DNA of 64,000 bases from an uncultured delta proteobacterium. GTDB lineage: Bacteria > Myxococcota_A > Polyangia > Polyangiales > B10-G4. This document shows positions 19,177 through 28,175 of this stretch, piece by piece. The position numbers were made by a program, and so were the translations under genes. Under the pieces are notes generated by a model, which was given only the letters and a program-made list of their open reading frames with translations, was not told the DNA's origin and made no database searches. Numbering within the stretch: the stretch's first letter is position 1; each line of letters opens with the position of its first letter. The stretch is from positions 96,001-160,000 of the forward strand of contig CAVSGI010000004.1 in assembly GCA_963727445.1 (NCBI GenBank), given 5' to 3'.

Positions 19177-20721
19177 CTACCCCGAGCAGGTTTCGGTGAC
19201 CCGTCCGGCTGGGGTCTGCGGCTCGATGGGCCCGGGCCGCGCCGGCTCGTTGACGATCAGCGGGTGGCTCGGCGACAGCTCGAGACGCGGCGGGTGCATG
19301 ATGGGGTCGACCCGGCTCAGCTCCTCGGCGCAGATGGCGGCGTCGCGGCCGACCTGCCGCGAACGCAGCGCGGTGGCGAGACAGGACTCGAAGGCCTCTC
19401 GCGCCCGCGCGCGGAGCTGGGCGATGGGCCCCGAGCGCCAATCGGCGAGCACCGCGGTCTCGGACTCGCGCTCGTCGTAGACCTCGACCGGCGGCGCCGA
19501 GGTGAAGGTCTCGAGGAGCTCGCGGTACATCTCGCCTCGGCGCGCGTCGGCGGCGATGCGATGCCGCGTCACTCCGAGGGACGCCACACGCCGGTAGGCC
19601 GCTTCAGCGCGCGCGAGCGCCCGGAGCTTCTGCACCATCCACGGGCGCAGCCGGTTCGCCACCCAGCGCTCGACCTCGCGCCGCCCGCCCCGCCCCTGAA
19701 AGCGTGGTGGCGACAGCGCAGCGAAGCGCCCGTAGCGCGCCTCGGCCAGGTTGAATCCGGCTTCGGCCACCGCGTCGAGGGTGCGCGCGAAGTCCGAGCC
19801 GAGCTCCTCGCCGTCCTCGTCGAGACGCATCGCCACCACCGAGGCGCCGCCCCGATCCCAGATCGAAAGGGCGCGACGGAAGGAACGCGCGGCCTCGCTG
19901 CGATGTCCCGACTCCTGCTCCGCGACGCCGCGCGCGACCCAGGCCCGAACGCGCTCGCCCACCGGCACGTGTCGCGCGAACCGGCGTGTGTGTGCCGACA
20001 GGTGGCGTCGCGCCTCCTCCGCGTGGCCCGCGCGGGTGAGCGCCCTGCCGGCGACGAGGCTGACCCGCGCCGCGTCCGCGACCCGCGTCTCGCCGTAGGT
20101 CTCGACGTATGCCTTCGACAGCTCGTAGGCGCGCTCCTCGTCGCCCACGCCTCGCCTGAGCGCGATCGCAGTCTCGAGGGCGCGCGGCGCGTCTGCGCAG
20201 AGACCCAGCGCCTTTTCGTCTTCGGTGCAGGTGGCGTCGTCGCGGCTCGCATCGTGCAGAGCGAAGGCTTCGTAGTAGTCCGCGGCCGCGACGAAGTCGC
20301 CGGCGGCGTGACGCTCGCTGCCCAGAAGGAAGAGGACGTCGCTCGGCGCGTCGGCCAGGAGCGATGCGTGCTCGGTGGCGCGTTCGCGCGCGCAGCCACC
20401 GATGGAGGGAGGCGGCAGGGGACGAAGCGCATCGGGCGTCAGGAGCACCGCGGGGGCGGTGGCGGGAGGCGGCAGCAGATCGAGCCAGGAGGCGTGGTGC
20501 GCGGGCAGTGAGAGCGGCGGCTGGTCTTCCGTGGCCAAAGACACCTCCGCGAGGGCCGGCGCTGCGCGCGCGACGCTCGGCCCCGAGGCGTGCGACTTGG
20601 CGCCCGGTTTCAGCTTCGGCGGCAGGTCGAGGGGCACCAGCAGGAAGGCACAGACTCCCACGACGGCAGCGATACCGGTCGCCACATACCCCTCGACGAC
20701 GCGTGCAGAGCGCACATCCAC
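19177..20721 (-). CDS. Membrane-anchored TPR-like protein
   Basis: N-terminal hydrophobic helix, Pro linker, TPR-like helices; C-terminal AREAFESCL..AAIC.EEL motif. Start uncertain. Confidence 0.6.
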   Translation of the reverse strand: MDVRSARVVEGYVATGIAAVVGVCAFLLVPLDLPPKLKPGAKSHASGPSVARAAPALAEVSLATEDQPPLSLPAHHASWLDLLPPPATAPAVLLTPDALRPLPPPSIGGCARERATEHASLLADAPSDVLFLLGSERHAAGDFVAAADYYEAFALHDASRDDATCTEDEKALGLCADAPRALETAIALRRGVGDEERAYELSKAYVETYGETRVADAARVSLVAGRALTRAGHAEEARRHLSAHTRRFARHVPVGERVRAWVARGVAEQESGHRSEAARSFRRALSIWDRGGASVVAMRLDEDGEELGSDFARTLDAVAEAGFNLAEARYGRFAALSPPRFQGRGGRREVERWVANRLRPWMVQKLRALARAEAAYRRVASLGVTRHRIAADARRGEMYRELLETFTSAPPVEVYDERESETAVLADWRSGPIAQLRARAREAFESCLATALRSRQVGRDAAICAEELSRVDPIMHPPRLELSPSHPLIVNEPARPGPIEPQTPAGRVTETCSG

Positions 20722-20780
20722 AATCTGACAGGCCTCGGCGCGGGTGTCGAGGGACCCCCCGCGTGCTATGCGGCTTCGCC

Positions 20781-22283
20781 GTGGCAGAGGACGACCGGAG
20801 GCGAGAGCTCCTCGATGCGATCGCGATCCTGGAGGGGATCGTCGAGGATCGCGGGCGGCTCCTCGTCCTCGACGAAGAAGAGAAAAAGCGCCTGATCATC
20901 GCGGCCGGGCGGGTCAGCAGACCCGACCGCGCCGACCATCGCAAGCTGGCCAAGGCGCGGCGCCGCGAGCGCAAGGCGGCGCGCCGGGCGGCCGACCAGG
21001 CGGTGCTCGCGGCAACCGGGATCCGCGCCGCGCGGCGCGCCGCGGTCTTCGAGACGCCTCAGCCGCTGCCCCCGGGCACGCCGCCGCCGCCGCGCGCGCT
21101 GCCAGAAGACGCGGGCGCGCCTTCCCTCGGCGAGGCGCGCAAGTGCTATGTCTGCAAGCGCGAGTTCCGCGAGGTTCACGAGTTCTACGATCAGATGTGC
21201 CCGCGCTGCGCGGCGCTCAACTGGGACAAGCGCAACCAGAGCGCCGATCTCCGAGGGCGCTGGGCGGTGGTCACCGGCGCGCGCGTGAAGATCGGCTATC
21301 AGGCGGCCATCAAGCTGCTGCGCGCCGGTGCCCACGTGGTGGTGCTCACGCGTTTCCCGCGCGACGCGGCTGACCGCTACGCGCGGGAGCCGGACTTCGC
21401 GGACTTCGCCGAGCGTCTCGTCATCCACGGGATCGATCTGAGGCACACGCCCAGCGTGGAGCTGCTCGCCGATCATCTGAGCCGGACGCTCCCGCGGCTC
21501 GACTATCTGGTGAACAACGCCTGCCAGACCGTTCGCCGGCCGGCTGGCTTCTACGCGCACCTCCTCGAGGGGGAGCGCACGGCGACGCCCAGCGCGCTGA
21601 GGTCGCTCCTCGAGAGCCATGCCTCGCTCTCCGAGACGGAGGCGGGCACGCTGGCGCGCCTCGGCGCGGCGCGAGCGATGGTCGATTCGGTGGAGGCGTC
21701 CCAGGCCGAGCTCCTGCCCGAGGATCGCGGCCGCGACCTGAGCCTCTTCCCCGACGGACAGCTCGACGCCGACCTGCAGCAGGTGGATCTTCGCGACAGG
21801 AACAGCTGGCGACTGCTCCTACACGAGGTGCCCACCGTCGAGCTCCTCGAGGTTCATCTGGTGAACGCGGTCGCGCCCTACGTCCTCGTCGGTCGGCTCC
21901 GGCCACTGATGGCGCGCACCGCGGCCGACGACAAGCACATCGTCAACGTGAGCGCGATGGAAGGGCAGTTCTACCGCGAGTGGAAGACGGCCCGGCATCC
22001 GCACACCAACATGGCCAAGGCGGCGCTCAACATGATGACCCGTACCTCGGCCGAGGATTACCTCCGCGACGGCATCCACATGAACAGCGTGGACACCGGC
22101 TGGGTCACGGACGAGGACCCGGCCGCCATCGCCGAGCGAAAGACCGAGGTCCACGGCTTCCATCCGCCGCTGGACATCGTCGACGGCGCCGCGCGGATCG
22201 TCGACCCGATCTTCCACGGCGCCAACACTGGCGAGCACCTTTGGGGGCTCTTCCTCAAGGACTACGTCGCCGCGCCCTGGTGA
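20781..22283 (+). CDS. SDR-family oxidoreductase with N-terminal CxxC...CxxC element
   Basis: CYVCK..CPRC, VTGARVKIG, LVNNA, IVNVSAMEG, HTNMAKAALNMMTR, NSVDTGWV. GTG 20781 chosen as start. Confidence 0.85.
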   Translation: MAEDDRRRELLDAIAILEGIVEDRGRLLVLDEEEKKRLIIAAGRVSRPDRADHRKLAKARRRERKAARRAADQAVLAATGIRAARRAAVFETPQPLPPGTPPPPRALPEDAGAPSLGEARKCYVCKREFREVHEFYDQMCPRCAALNWDKRNQSADLRGRWAVVTGARVKIGYQAAIKLLRAGAHVVVLTRFPRDAADRYAREPDFADFAERLVIHGIDLRHTPSVELLADHLSRTLPRLDYLVNNACQTVRRPAGFYAHLLEGERTATPSALRSLLESHASLSETEAGTLARLGAARAMVDSVEASQAELLPEDRGRDLSLFPDGQLDADLQQVDLRDRNSWRLLLHEVPTVELLEVHLVNAVAPYVLVGRLRPLMARTAADDKHIVNVSAMEGQFYREWKTARHPHTNMAKAALNMMTRTSAEDYLRDGIHMNSVDTGWVTDEDPAAIAERKTEVHGFHPPLDIVDGAARIVDPIFHGANTGEHLWGLFLKDYVAAPW

Positions 22284-22295
22284 GCTGACGCGGAT

Positions 22296-23894
22296 TCAGA
22301 GCCCGGTGTAGCCGCCGGGACCGACCGTCGCCTCGTCGAGGACCTGGGAGCTGTGCTCCATGTGTTGCTGCGCCTCTTCGGGGCTCGCGCCGTAAGCGGT
22401 CACGCCGAGCTTGCCGTGTTGCGAGACCGCACCGAGGAGATGGAAGACCACCCCGTCGTCGGTCCAGGGGCGGTAGTGCAGGCCGTGCACCGCCGCGACG
22501 TCGAGCACGTCCTCCACCGACAAGCCCCGGTAGGTGGGCGCGCTCAATGTGTCGGTGCACACGTAGAAGCGCGGGCTACCGTGGCCGGAGATGTAGAGGC
22601 CAGTAGACGCGTCGTAGCGGCCCGAGTTGAGCATCCGCATGATCATCAGCGGGTGCGTGGTGCCGCTCATGCGCAGGTTGATCTCGATGGCGAAGCGCTT
22701 CCATTCGCCCTGTCGTTCGACCGCCATGAAATCGACGGCCACCCGGCCCACGACCCCCTTCTTCACCAGCACCTCGCCCACCTTCAGCGCGTCGGCCTGG
22801 ATCTCCATCCGGTAGGCGTCGTCCGCCGGGAAACGCGCGCCCGCGTAGGTCTGTCCGTCGGGCCCGCCCAGGAGCTGATCGTGGGTGCTGACGCATTCGA
22901 GCTCGCCCCGCGGATTGATGCGCAGTTGACCGCTCGGCGATCGCACACGGTCGCCTTCGACGAACTGCTCGACCACGCCGCCGGTCTCGCCGATCTCGTC
23001 GCGGAAGACGTCCCAGGTCATGCCCTCCGACGCGAAGCGCATCTTCGGCAGCTCCTCGAGGATGCGATCCACGCGCCCGCCGCGCGAGCTCGCCTTTGGC
23101 GCCACCTCGCCGAGGTTGCTCAGGTCGAGCACGGCGTTGCCCTCGCCGCTGAAGCCGTGGTCTTTCTTGACCACCACCCGTCGCGTTTCGGGCTCCTCCT
23201 CCCAGATGTCCGCGGCGGCCTCCGCGATCTGGGCGCCGCTCTTCACGTCCTCCGCGCCGAGCGGCAGGGACACGCCCGCCTCGCGGAAGGTGCGGCGCGA
23301 GCCGCTCTTGGTGCCGAGCTCGAGGAGCGTGGGGTCGACGCCGTAGAGAGGGATGCCGAGGCGCACAGCGAGCTTGCGCTCGAGGCGCGAGACCGTGAAG
23401 CACGTCATGTGCGCACGCTCCGGATCGATGGCGTCGAGGATCCGCCGCATCAGCCGCGGGCGCTCGAGGATCTTCTCGGTGAGCGGCCGCGGCGACATGT
23501 CGTAGGTCGAGAGCATCGTCAGGCGATCGCGGACGTGGGCCGAGCTGATCCCGCGCACCATGGCGATGAAGTAGTCGACCATCGCCGGATGGATGGGCTG
23601 GCTGGTCACGTAGACCAGGCGCGCCCGCGGGTGGCGCAGGAGCATCAGCGTGAAGAGCATCCGCTCCTCGTAGTGGTTGACGCCGGCGATGGAGCTCATC
23701 GGGAGCCCCTCGAGGGAGAGGCTCGGCACCACCACGATGTCGCGATGTCCCGCGTTCACGTCGCGGATGGCCGACCATCGATCGAGGAGCACCGCTTGAA
23801 GCTGCGCAAATCGTTCCAGCTCTTCGGTCAGCGGGAGGGGTTCACTCGTCCTCTCGCCGGGACGCTCGGGTCGGCCCACGGGTCGAGAGTACAT
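22296..23894 (-). CDS. PGM1-related ATP-grasp peptide ligase
   Basis: VVVPSLSL, HYEERMLF, GTKSGSRR.F, GFSGEGNA, SPSGQL, STHDQLLGG, EINLRMSGTTHP, GVVFHLLGA..GKLG. Confidence 0.8.
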   Translation of the reverse strand: MYSRPVGRPERPGERTSEPLPLTEELERFAQLQAVLLDRWSAIRDVNAGHRDIVVVPSLSLEGLPMSSIAGVNHYEERMLFTLMLLRHPRARLVYVTSQPIHPAMVDYFIAMVRGISSAHVRDRLTMLSTYDMSPRPLTEKILERPRLMRRILDAIDPERAHMTCFTVSRLERKLAVRLGIPLYGVDPTLLELGTKSGSRRTFREAGVSLPLGAEDVKSGAQIAEAAADIWEEEPETRRVVVKKDHGFSGEGNAVLDLSNLGEVAPKASSRGGRVDRILEELPKMRFASEGMTWDVFRDEIGETGGVVEQFVEGDRVRSPSGQLRINPRGELECVSTHDQLLGGPDGQTYAGARFPADDAYRMEIQADALKVGEVLVKKGVVGRVAVDFMAVERQGEWKRFAIEINLRMSGTTHPLMIMRMLNSGRYDASTGLYISGHGSPRFYVCTDTLSAPTYRGLSVEDVLDVAAVHGLHYRPWTDDGVVFHLLGAVSQHGKLGVTAYGASPEEAQQHMEHSSQVLDEATVGPGGYTGL

Positions 23895-23915
23895 GAAACG
23901 TCCGCGGTGTTGGGG

Positions 23916-25535
23916 CTACGGATTGTCCGCGGGCTCCGGCGCCGGGGCGTCTTCCGGGTCGGGCGCCTCCTCGGGCGTCTCGTTCGTCTCCTCGTTTTGG
24001 CCCTCGAGCGCGCGCGCGAGCTGCTCCTCGCACTCCCGGCGGAGCTCCTCGAGCCGCCGTATCTCGGCGTCGTCCTGCTCGTTGTGCTCTTCGCCGCTCA
24101 GGCTGAGGGCGTCCATGTCGCGCGCGAGCTGCTGCGCCGCCTCGCTGTAGCCCGTGATGAAGATGTAGAGCGAGGTCTGCTGGGCGTCGCGGGGCACGTA
24201 GGCCTCGGCGGCGGCCGCGTCGGGGTTGTTCGCCAGCGCGCGGCCCCAGCCCATCACCAGCGCGCCGCCCACGGCGAAGTTGTAGCCGCCCTTGCGATAG
24301 CCCACGACGGCGGTCAGGCCGACGTTGTCGAGGTGTGCAGGCTGATAGACGTTGGTGGGGCCGTCGATGGAGGGAGCAGGGGAGAGATCGGTGTAGACGC
24401 CGAAGCTGAGCGGCACGATGTCGGCAATGATCGTCTCCATCCCTGCCGCCACGTTGAAGCTCGTCTCGGTCCAGTAGCTGTTCGCGATGAAGCGACCGGG
24501 GTTCGGCGCGACGCCGGTCGAGGGATCGACGGTGGGCTGACCGAAGAGATGACGGGGCGAATCCTTCGAGCCCATCGGTGCGTAGATCGAGACGTCGAGA
24601 CCGAGGCGCCAGTTGTCGAGGGGCTCGTAGCCGACCCCCAGGCGGGCTTCGAAGGGCAGGCCGATGTCGGGGGTGGTGTCGCTCTGCTTCAGGTTCGTGA
24701 ACTGGCCGGTGCCCGTCTCGTCGACGCTGCTCACGAACTCCGAGATGTGTCCGCGCCGGTAGATGGGCAGGTTGGGCACCTGGAGCATCAGACCGAGTCG
24801 AAGGCGCTCGGTCGCGTGCCAGAGCGCACCCACCCGAAAGAGCAGCGAGATGACGTTCGCGCCGCCGTTGGAGATGCGGGAGCCGAGGCTCGAGCTCGCG
24901 AAACGACCGTCCGGCTGGCGCGGACCGATGCGCGTGACGATCTCGGATTCCTCGTAGTCGAAGTCGTGCAGCGAGAGAAAGGCGCTGATGCCGATGCCCA
25001 GATCTTCGTTCACCCGATACGCGTAGGACGGGCCGTACTGCTGGAGCCGGTCTCGTGACTGCAGATGAAGCGCTGCGGCCGTGGCGTCGGCCGGCACGGC
25101 GATAGACGCGTCCATCCGTCGCGAGGGCGTGGAGGGATTGACCGCCGACACTGCGATCGCATGCCGCCGGAACTCGTGACTCTCGGCCTGGCCAAGCTTG
25201 GCCATCCCGCCGACGAAGAAGGGGATGGAGATCGAACCGGTGTCGTTCAGGTCCACCGCCGAGTTGCCGAAGCCGTATCCGTTGGTGATGGCGTAGTCGT
25301 CGAAGACGTTGATCGACAGGCCGCCGCTGATGGTCGCGCCCTCGGGGAAGGCCAGGCCGCCGGGGTTGTACCAGACGGCGGAGAGATCCTCGGCCACACC
25401 GGTGAAGGCGCTGCCCATGCCTACCGCGCGGTTGCCGATGGGGATGCGCTGGTAGTCGAAGTCCTGGGCACGAGCGCACCGCCCATGGACCAGATGGGCA
25501 GAGACGAGGAAGAGGACAAAGGCGACCGTGCGCAC
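23916..25535 (-). CDS. OmpP1/FadL-like outer-membrane protein with acidic C-terminal tail
   Basis: Signal peptide, then IGNRAVGMGSAFTGVAEDLSAVWYNPGGL (FadL hatch motif) and alternating beta-strands. Confidence 0.8.
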   Translation of the reverse strand: MRTVAFVLFLVSAHLVHGRCARAQDFDYQRIPIGNRAVGMGSAFTGVAEDLSAVWYNPGGLAFPEGATISGGLSINVFDDYAITNGYGFGNSAVDLNDTGSISIPFFVGGMAKLGQAESHEFRRHAIAVSAVNPSTPSRRMDASIAVPADATAAALHLQSRDRLQQYGPSYAYRVNEDLGIGISAFLSLHDFDYEESEIVTRIGPRQPDGRFASSSLGSRISNGGANVISLLFRVGALWHATERLRLGLMLQVPNLPIYRRGHISEFVSSVDETGTGQFTNLKQSDTTPDIGLPFEARLGVGYEPLDNWRLGLDVSIYAPMGSKDSPRHLFGQPTVDPSTGVAPNPGRFIANSYWTETSFNVAAGMETIIADIVPLSFGVYTDLSPAPSIDGPTNVYQPAHLDNVGLTAVVGYRKGGYNFAVGGALVMGWGRALANNPDAAAAEAYVPRDAQQTSLYIFITGYSEAAQQLARDMDALSLSGEEHNEQDDAEIRRLEELRRECEEQLARALEGQNEETNETPEEAPDPEDAPAPEPADNP

Positions 25536-25697
25536 GGCGGCGCTAGTTTCGGGCCTCGACGCGCCATTGAAAAGGCGCCCGGGGAGCCGAATTGCCCCCC
25601 GGGCGCCCCATGCTGTCTGGATTGGACAACCCTTGCTACGCAGGGGCCCGTCGCGATCTTCCCCTCCCGTCCCGTGGCGGGGCATCCTCCCTTCGCC

Positions 25698-27632
25698 ATG
25701 GACGAAAGCGACAAGAAGCGCTCCGAGCTCGACGCGCGCATCCTTCGCGCCCTCGAGGCGCGGGCGCGGCTCGGCGCTCCGACCTCCGAGGAGCGAGACC
25801 GGGCCCGGGAGCTCGCCGTCCGGCTCGGGGTCGACGGTGCATTGGTCGAGGCGCTCTTCGACCGCCTGGCCGAGGCCGACGCTGCCCCGGGTGACGCGGG
25901 GCCCCGTTCCACCGAGCCCGGCGCGCCCCCGGTGGTGGCCTACCAGGGCATCGAAGCCTCCTACAGCCACGCCGCCGCCAGTCGTCATTTCGCGCGCCGC
26001 GGGGTGCGGGCCGAGCTCGTCGGCTACGGCAGCTTCAAGGAGATGCTCGAGGCGGTCGCCGACGGTGAGGCGTCGTGGGCGGTGCTGCCCCTCGAGAACA
26101 CCACCGCCGGCTCGATCCACGAGGCTTACGACCTGCTCGCGAAGATGGGCCTCGCCATCGTGGGCGAGGAGATCCAACGGGTCGATCACTGCCTCGTCGC
26201 CGTGCCGGGTGCGACCCTGAGCTCGCTTCGCAGCGTGTGGTCCCACCCCCAGGCCCTGGCGCAGTGCCGCGACTTCCTCGCCGCGCTGCCGCACGTCGAA
26301 CCGCGCGCGTACACGGACACCGCGGGTGCCGTGCGCAAGGTGCAGGACGACGGCAATCCGACGCAGGCAGCCATCGGGAGCGAGGCGGCGGCCCATCGCT
26401 ACGGCCTCGAGGTGCTGCGGCGCGATGTCGCCGACCAGCTCGAGAACTACACGCGCATGTTGGTGGTGGCGCGCTCACCAGTCGCTTACGACCCGAGCAC
26501 GCCGTGCAAGACATCGCTGCTGCTTTCGACGCGACACGAGCAGGGCGCGCTGGCGTCCTGTCTGAACGTCCTCGCCTCGCACGGACTCAGCCTCACCAAG
26601 CTCCAGTCGCGGCCACGACCCGGCTCGCCTTTCGAGTACCTCTTCTATCTGGACTTCGAAGGCAACGTCGCCGACGTCTCCGTGAAGGAAGCGCTCGACG
26701 AGCTGCGCGCCCGCACCTCGAGCTTGATGGTGCTGGGCAGCTATCCGAGCGCTTCGATGGCCGGCGTTCGGGGCTCGTTCTCCGCCGACGCCCCGCCGCC
26801 CGAAGTCCCGGCGCCGGCGCTCCCCGAGGCGCCGCCTCCCAAGGCGAAGCAGCTCGAGCACATCGGCCGCAGAGACGGGGCGCCCGACACCGTCATCGAG
26901 ATCGGTCAGGGGGTTCGCCTCGGCGGCGAGGCCCCCGTCATCATCGCCGGGCCGACGCTGGTCGAGTCGCGGGAGCAGATCCGGGAGGTCGCTCGCGTCC
27001 TCGCGGAAGAGGGCGCCCACATCCTGTGGGGCGGCTGCTTCGAGCCGCGGGCGAGCGGCTACTTCGTCGAGGGCAGAGGCTTCGACGCCCTCGCGCTCCT
27101 CGAAGCTGCGGGCAAGGAGCACGGCCTGCCCATCGCCACCGAGGTGGCGCGACCGGGGGACGTGGGCAAGGTGGCGAGGCGCGTCGATCTCCTCGTCGTC
27201 TCCGAGCGACACACCCACGACCGCGCGCTCCTCGACGCGGTGGCTCAGGTGGACAAGCCGGTGCTCCTCAAGCGTGGGGCCATGGCGTCGGCCGAGGAGT
27301 GGCTGCACGCCGCGGAGCACATCGCGCTCGAAGGCAATCCGCAGATCGTCTTGTGCGAGCGCGGCGTCCGGACCCTCGGCCCGAGCGAGCGGCGCACTCT
27401 GGACTTGTCGGCGATCCCCCAGCTCAGCGAGGTCACCCATCTGCCGATCGTGGTCGACCCGACGAGCGCCGTGCGCGTGCGGCGTCGCGTGCAGCCGATG
27501 TGCCTGGCCGCCCTCGCGGCGGGTGCGGACGGATTGCTCCTCGACGTTCATCCCGATCCGGCCAACGCCCTCGGCGGCGGCGAGCAGGCGCTCACCTTCG
27601 ACATGTTCCGGGCGTTGATGCGCGCGCTCTGA
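25698..27632 (+). CDS. pheA: Prephenate dehydratase-ACT fused to a degenerate chorismate mutase (N-term) and a degenerate DAHP synthase (C-term)
   Basis: PDT: AYQG..SYS..A, PLENTTAG, SHPQALAQC, NYTRM; ACT: GAL...L..LTKLQSRP..EYLFYLDFEG. Type I-beta DAHPS-like: IIAGP, KPVLLKRG, LCERGVRT, HLPIVVDP. Confidence 0.85.
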   Translation: MDESDKKRSELDARILRALEARARLGAPTSEERDRARELAVRLGVDGALVEALFDRLAEADAAPGDAGPRSTEPGAPPVVAYQGIEASYSHAAASRHFARRGVRAELVGYGSFKEMLEAVADGEASWAVLPLENTTAGSIHEAYDLLAKMGLAIVGEEIQRVDHCLVAVPGATLSSLRSVWSHPQALAQCRDFLAALPHVEPRAYTDTAGAVRKVQDDGNPTQAAIGSEAAAHRYGLEVLRRDVADQLENYTRMLVVARSPVAYDPSTPCKTSLLLSTRHEQGALASCLNVLASHGLSLTKLQSRPRPGSPFEYLFYLDFEGNVADVSVKEALDELRARTSSLMVLGSYPSASMAGVRGSFSADAPPPEVPAPALPEAPPPKAKQLEHIGRRDGAPDTVIEIGQGVRLGGEAPVIIAGPTLVESREQIREVARVLAEEGAHILWGGCFEPRASGYFVEGRGFDALALLEAAGKEHGLPIATEVARPGDVGKVARRVDLLVVSERHTHDRALLDAVAQVDKPVLLKRGAMASAEEWLHAAEHIALEGNPQIVLCERGVRTLGPSERRTLDLSAIPQLSEVTHLPIVVDPTSAVRVRRRVQPMCLAALAAGADGLLLDVHPDPANALGGGEQALTFDMFRALMRAL

Positions 27633-27639
27633 AGAGAGC

Positions 27640-28162
27640 TCAGACGAAGACGATTCTGAGCGCCGCGCGCCAACTCGAAGAAGTCGGTGGCGGTGATGAC
27701 CGAGTCGACCTGGGGCAAGAGGTCTTCGATGGTCCGATCGAACATGCGCATCGCCAGCTCGCAGCCGTAGAGCGTGCACCCCGAAGCCGCCAGGATCTCG
27801 ACCATCTCGTGAGGCGGCGGCAGGTCGAGCTCGGCCATCTTCTTCTTCATCATGCTGGTCGCCATCACCTCCATGCCGGGCAGACCCATCAGGAAGGGTG
27901 GCATCGGCGTCGAGGGGTTGCCGACCATGTTGACCCAGAGCTTGTCGACCTTGCCCTTGGTCACCACGTCCAGGCCGTAGAAGGTGAAGAAGACGCTCAC
28001 CTCCATGCCGGTCATCCGAGCGGCGTTGGCCATGATGAGCACGGGATAGCACTCGTCGAGGCCGGACTTCGCGCACACGAGCGCGAGCTTGTTGGCGGCG
28101 GCCGGGATGACCTCGGGGGCCCCGGACTGGGCGCCGTCTTTCTTTGCAAATGGAAGGGTCAT
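27640..28162 (-). CDS. DsrE/DsrF-like (DsrE2) sulfurtransferase (1-nt insertion at 27654-27655)
   Basis: YPVLIMANAA..GMEVSVFFTFYGLD, LYGCELAM. Removing one base gives the typical short end GAQIVFV* at 27640 and removes the overlap with pheA. Confidence 0.85.
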
Positions 28163-28175
28163 CTCTCTCTCCTCT

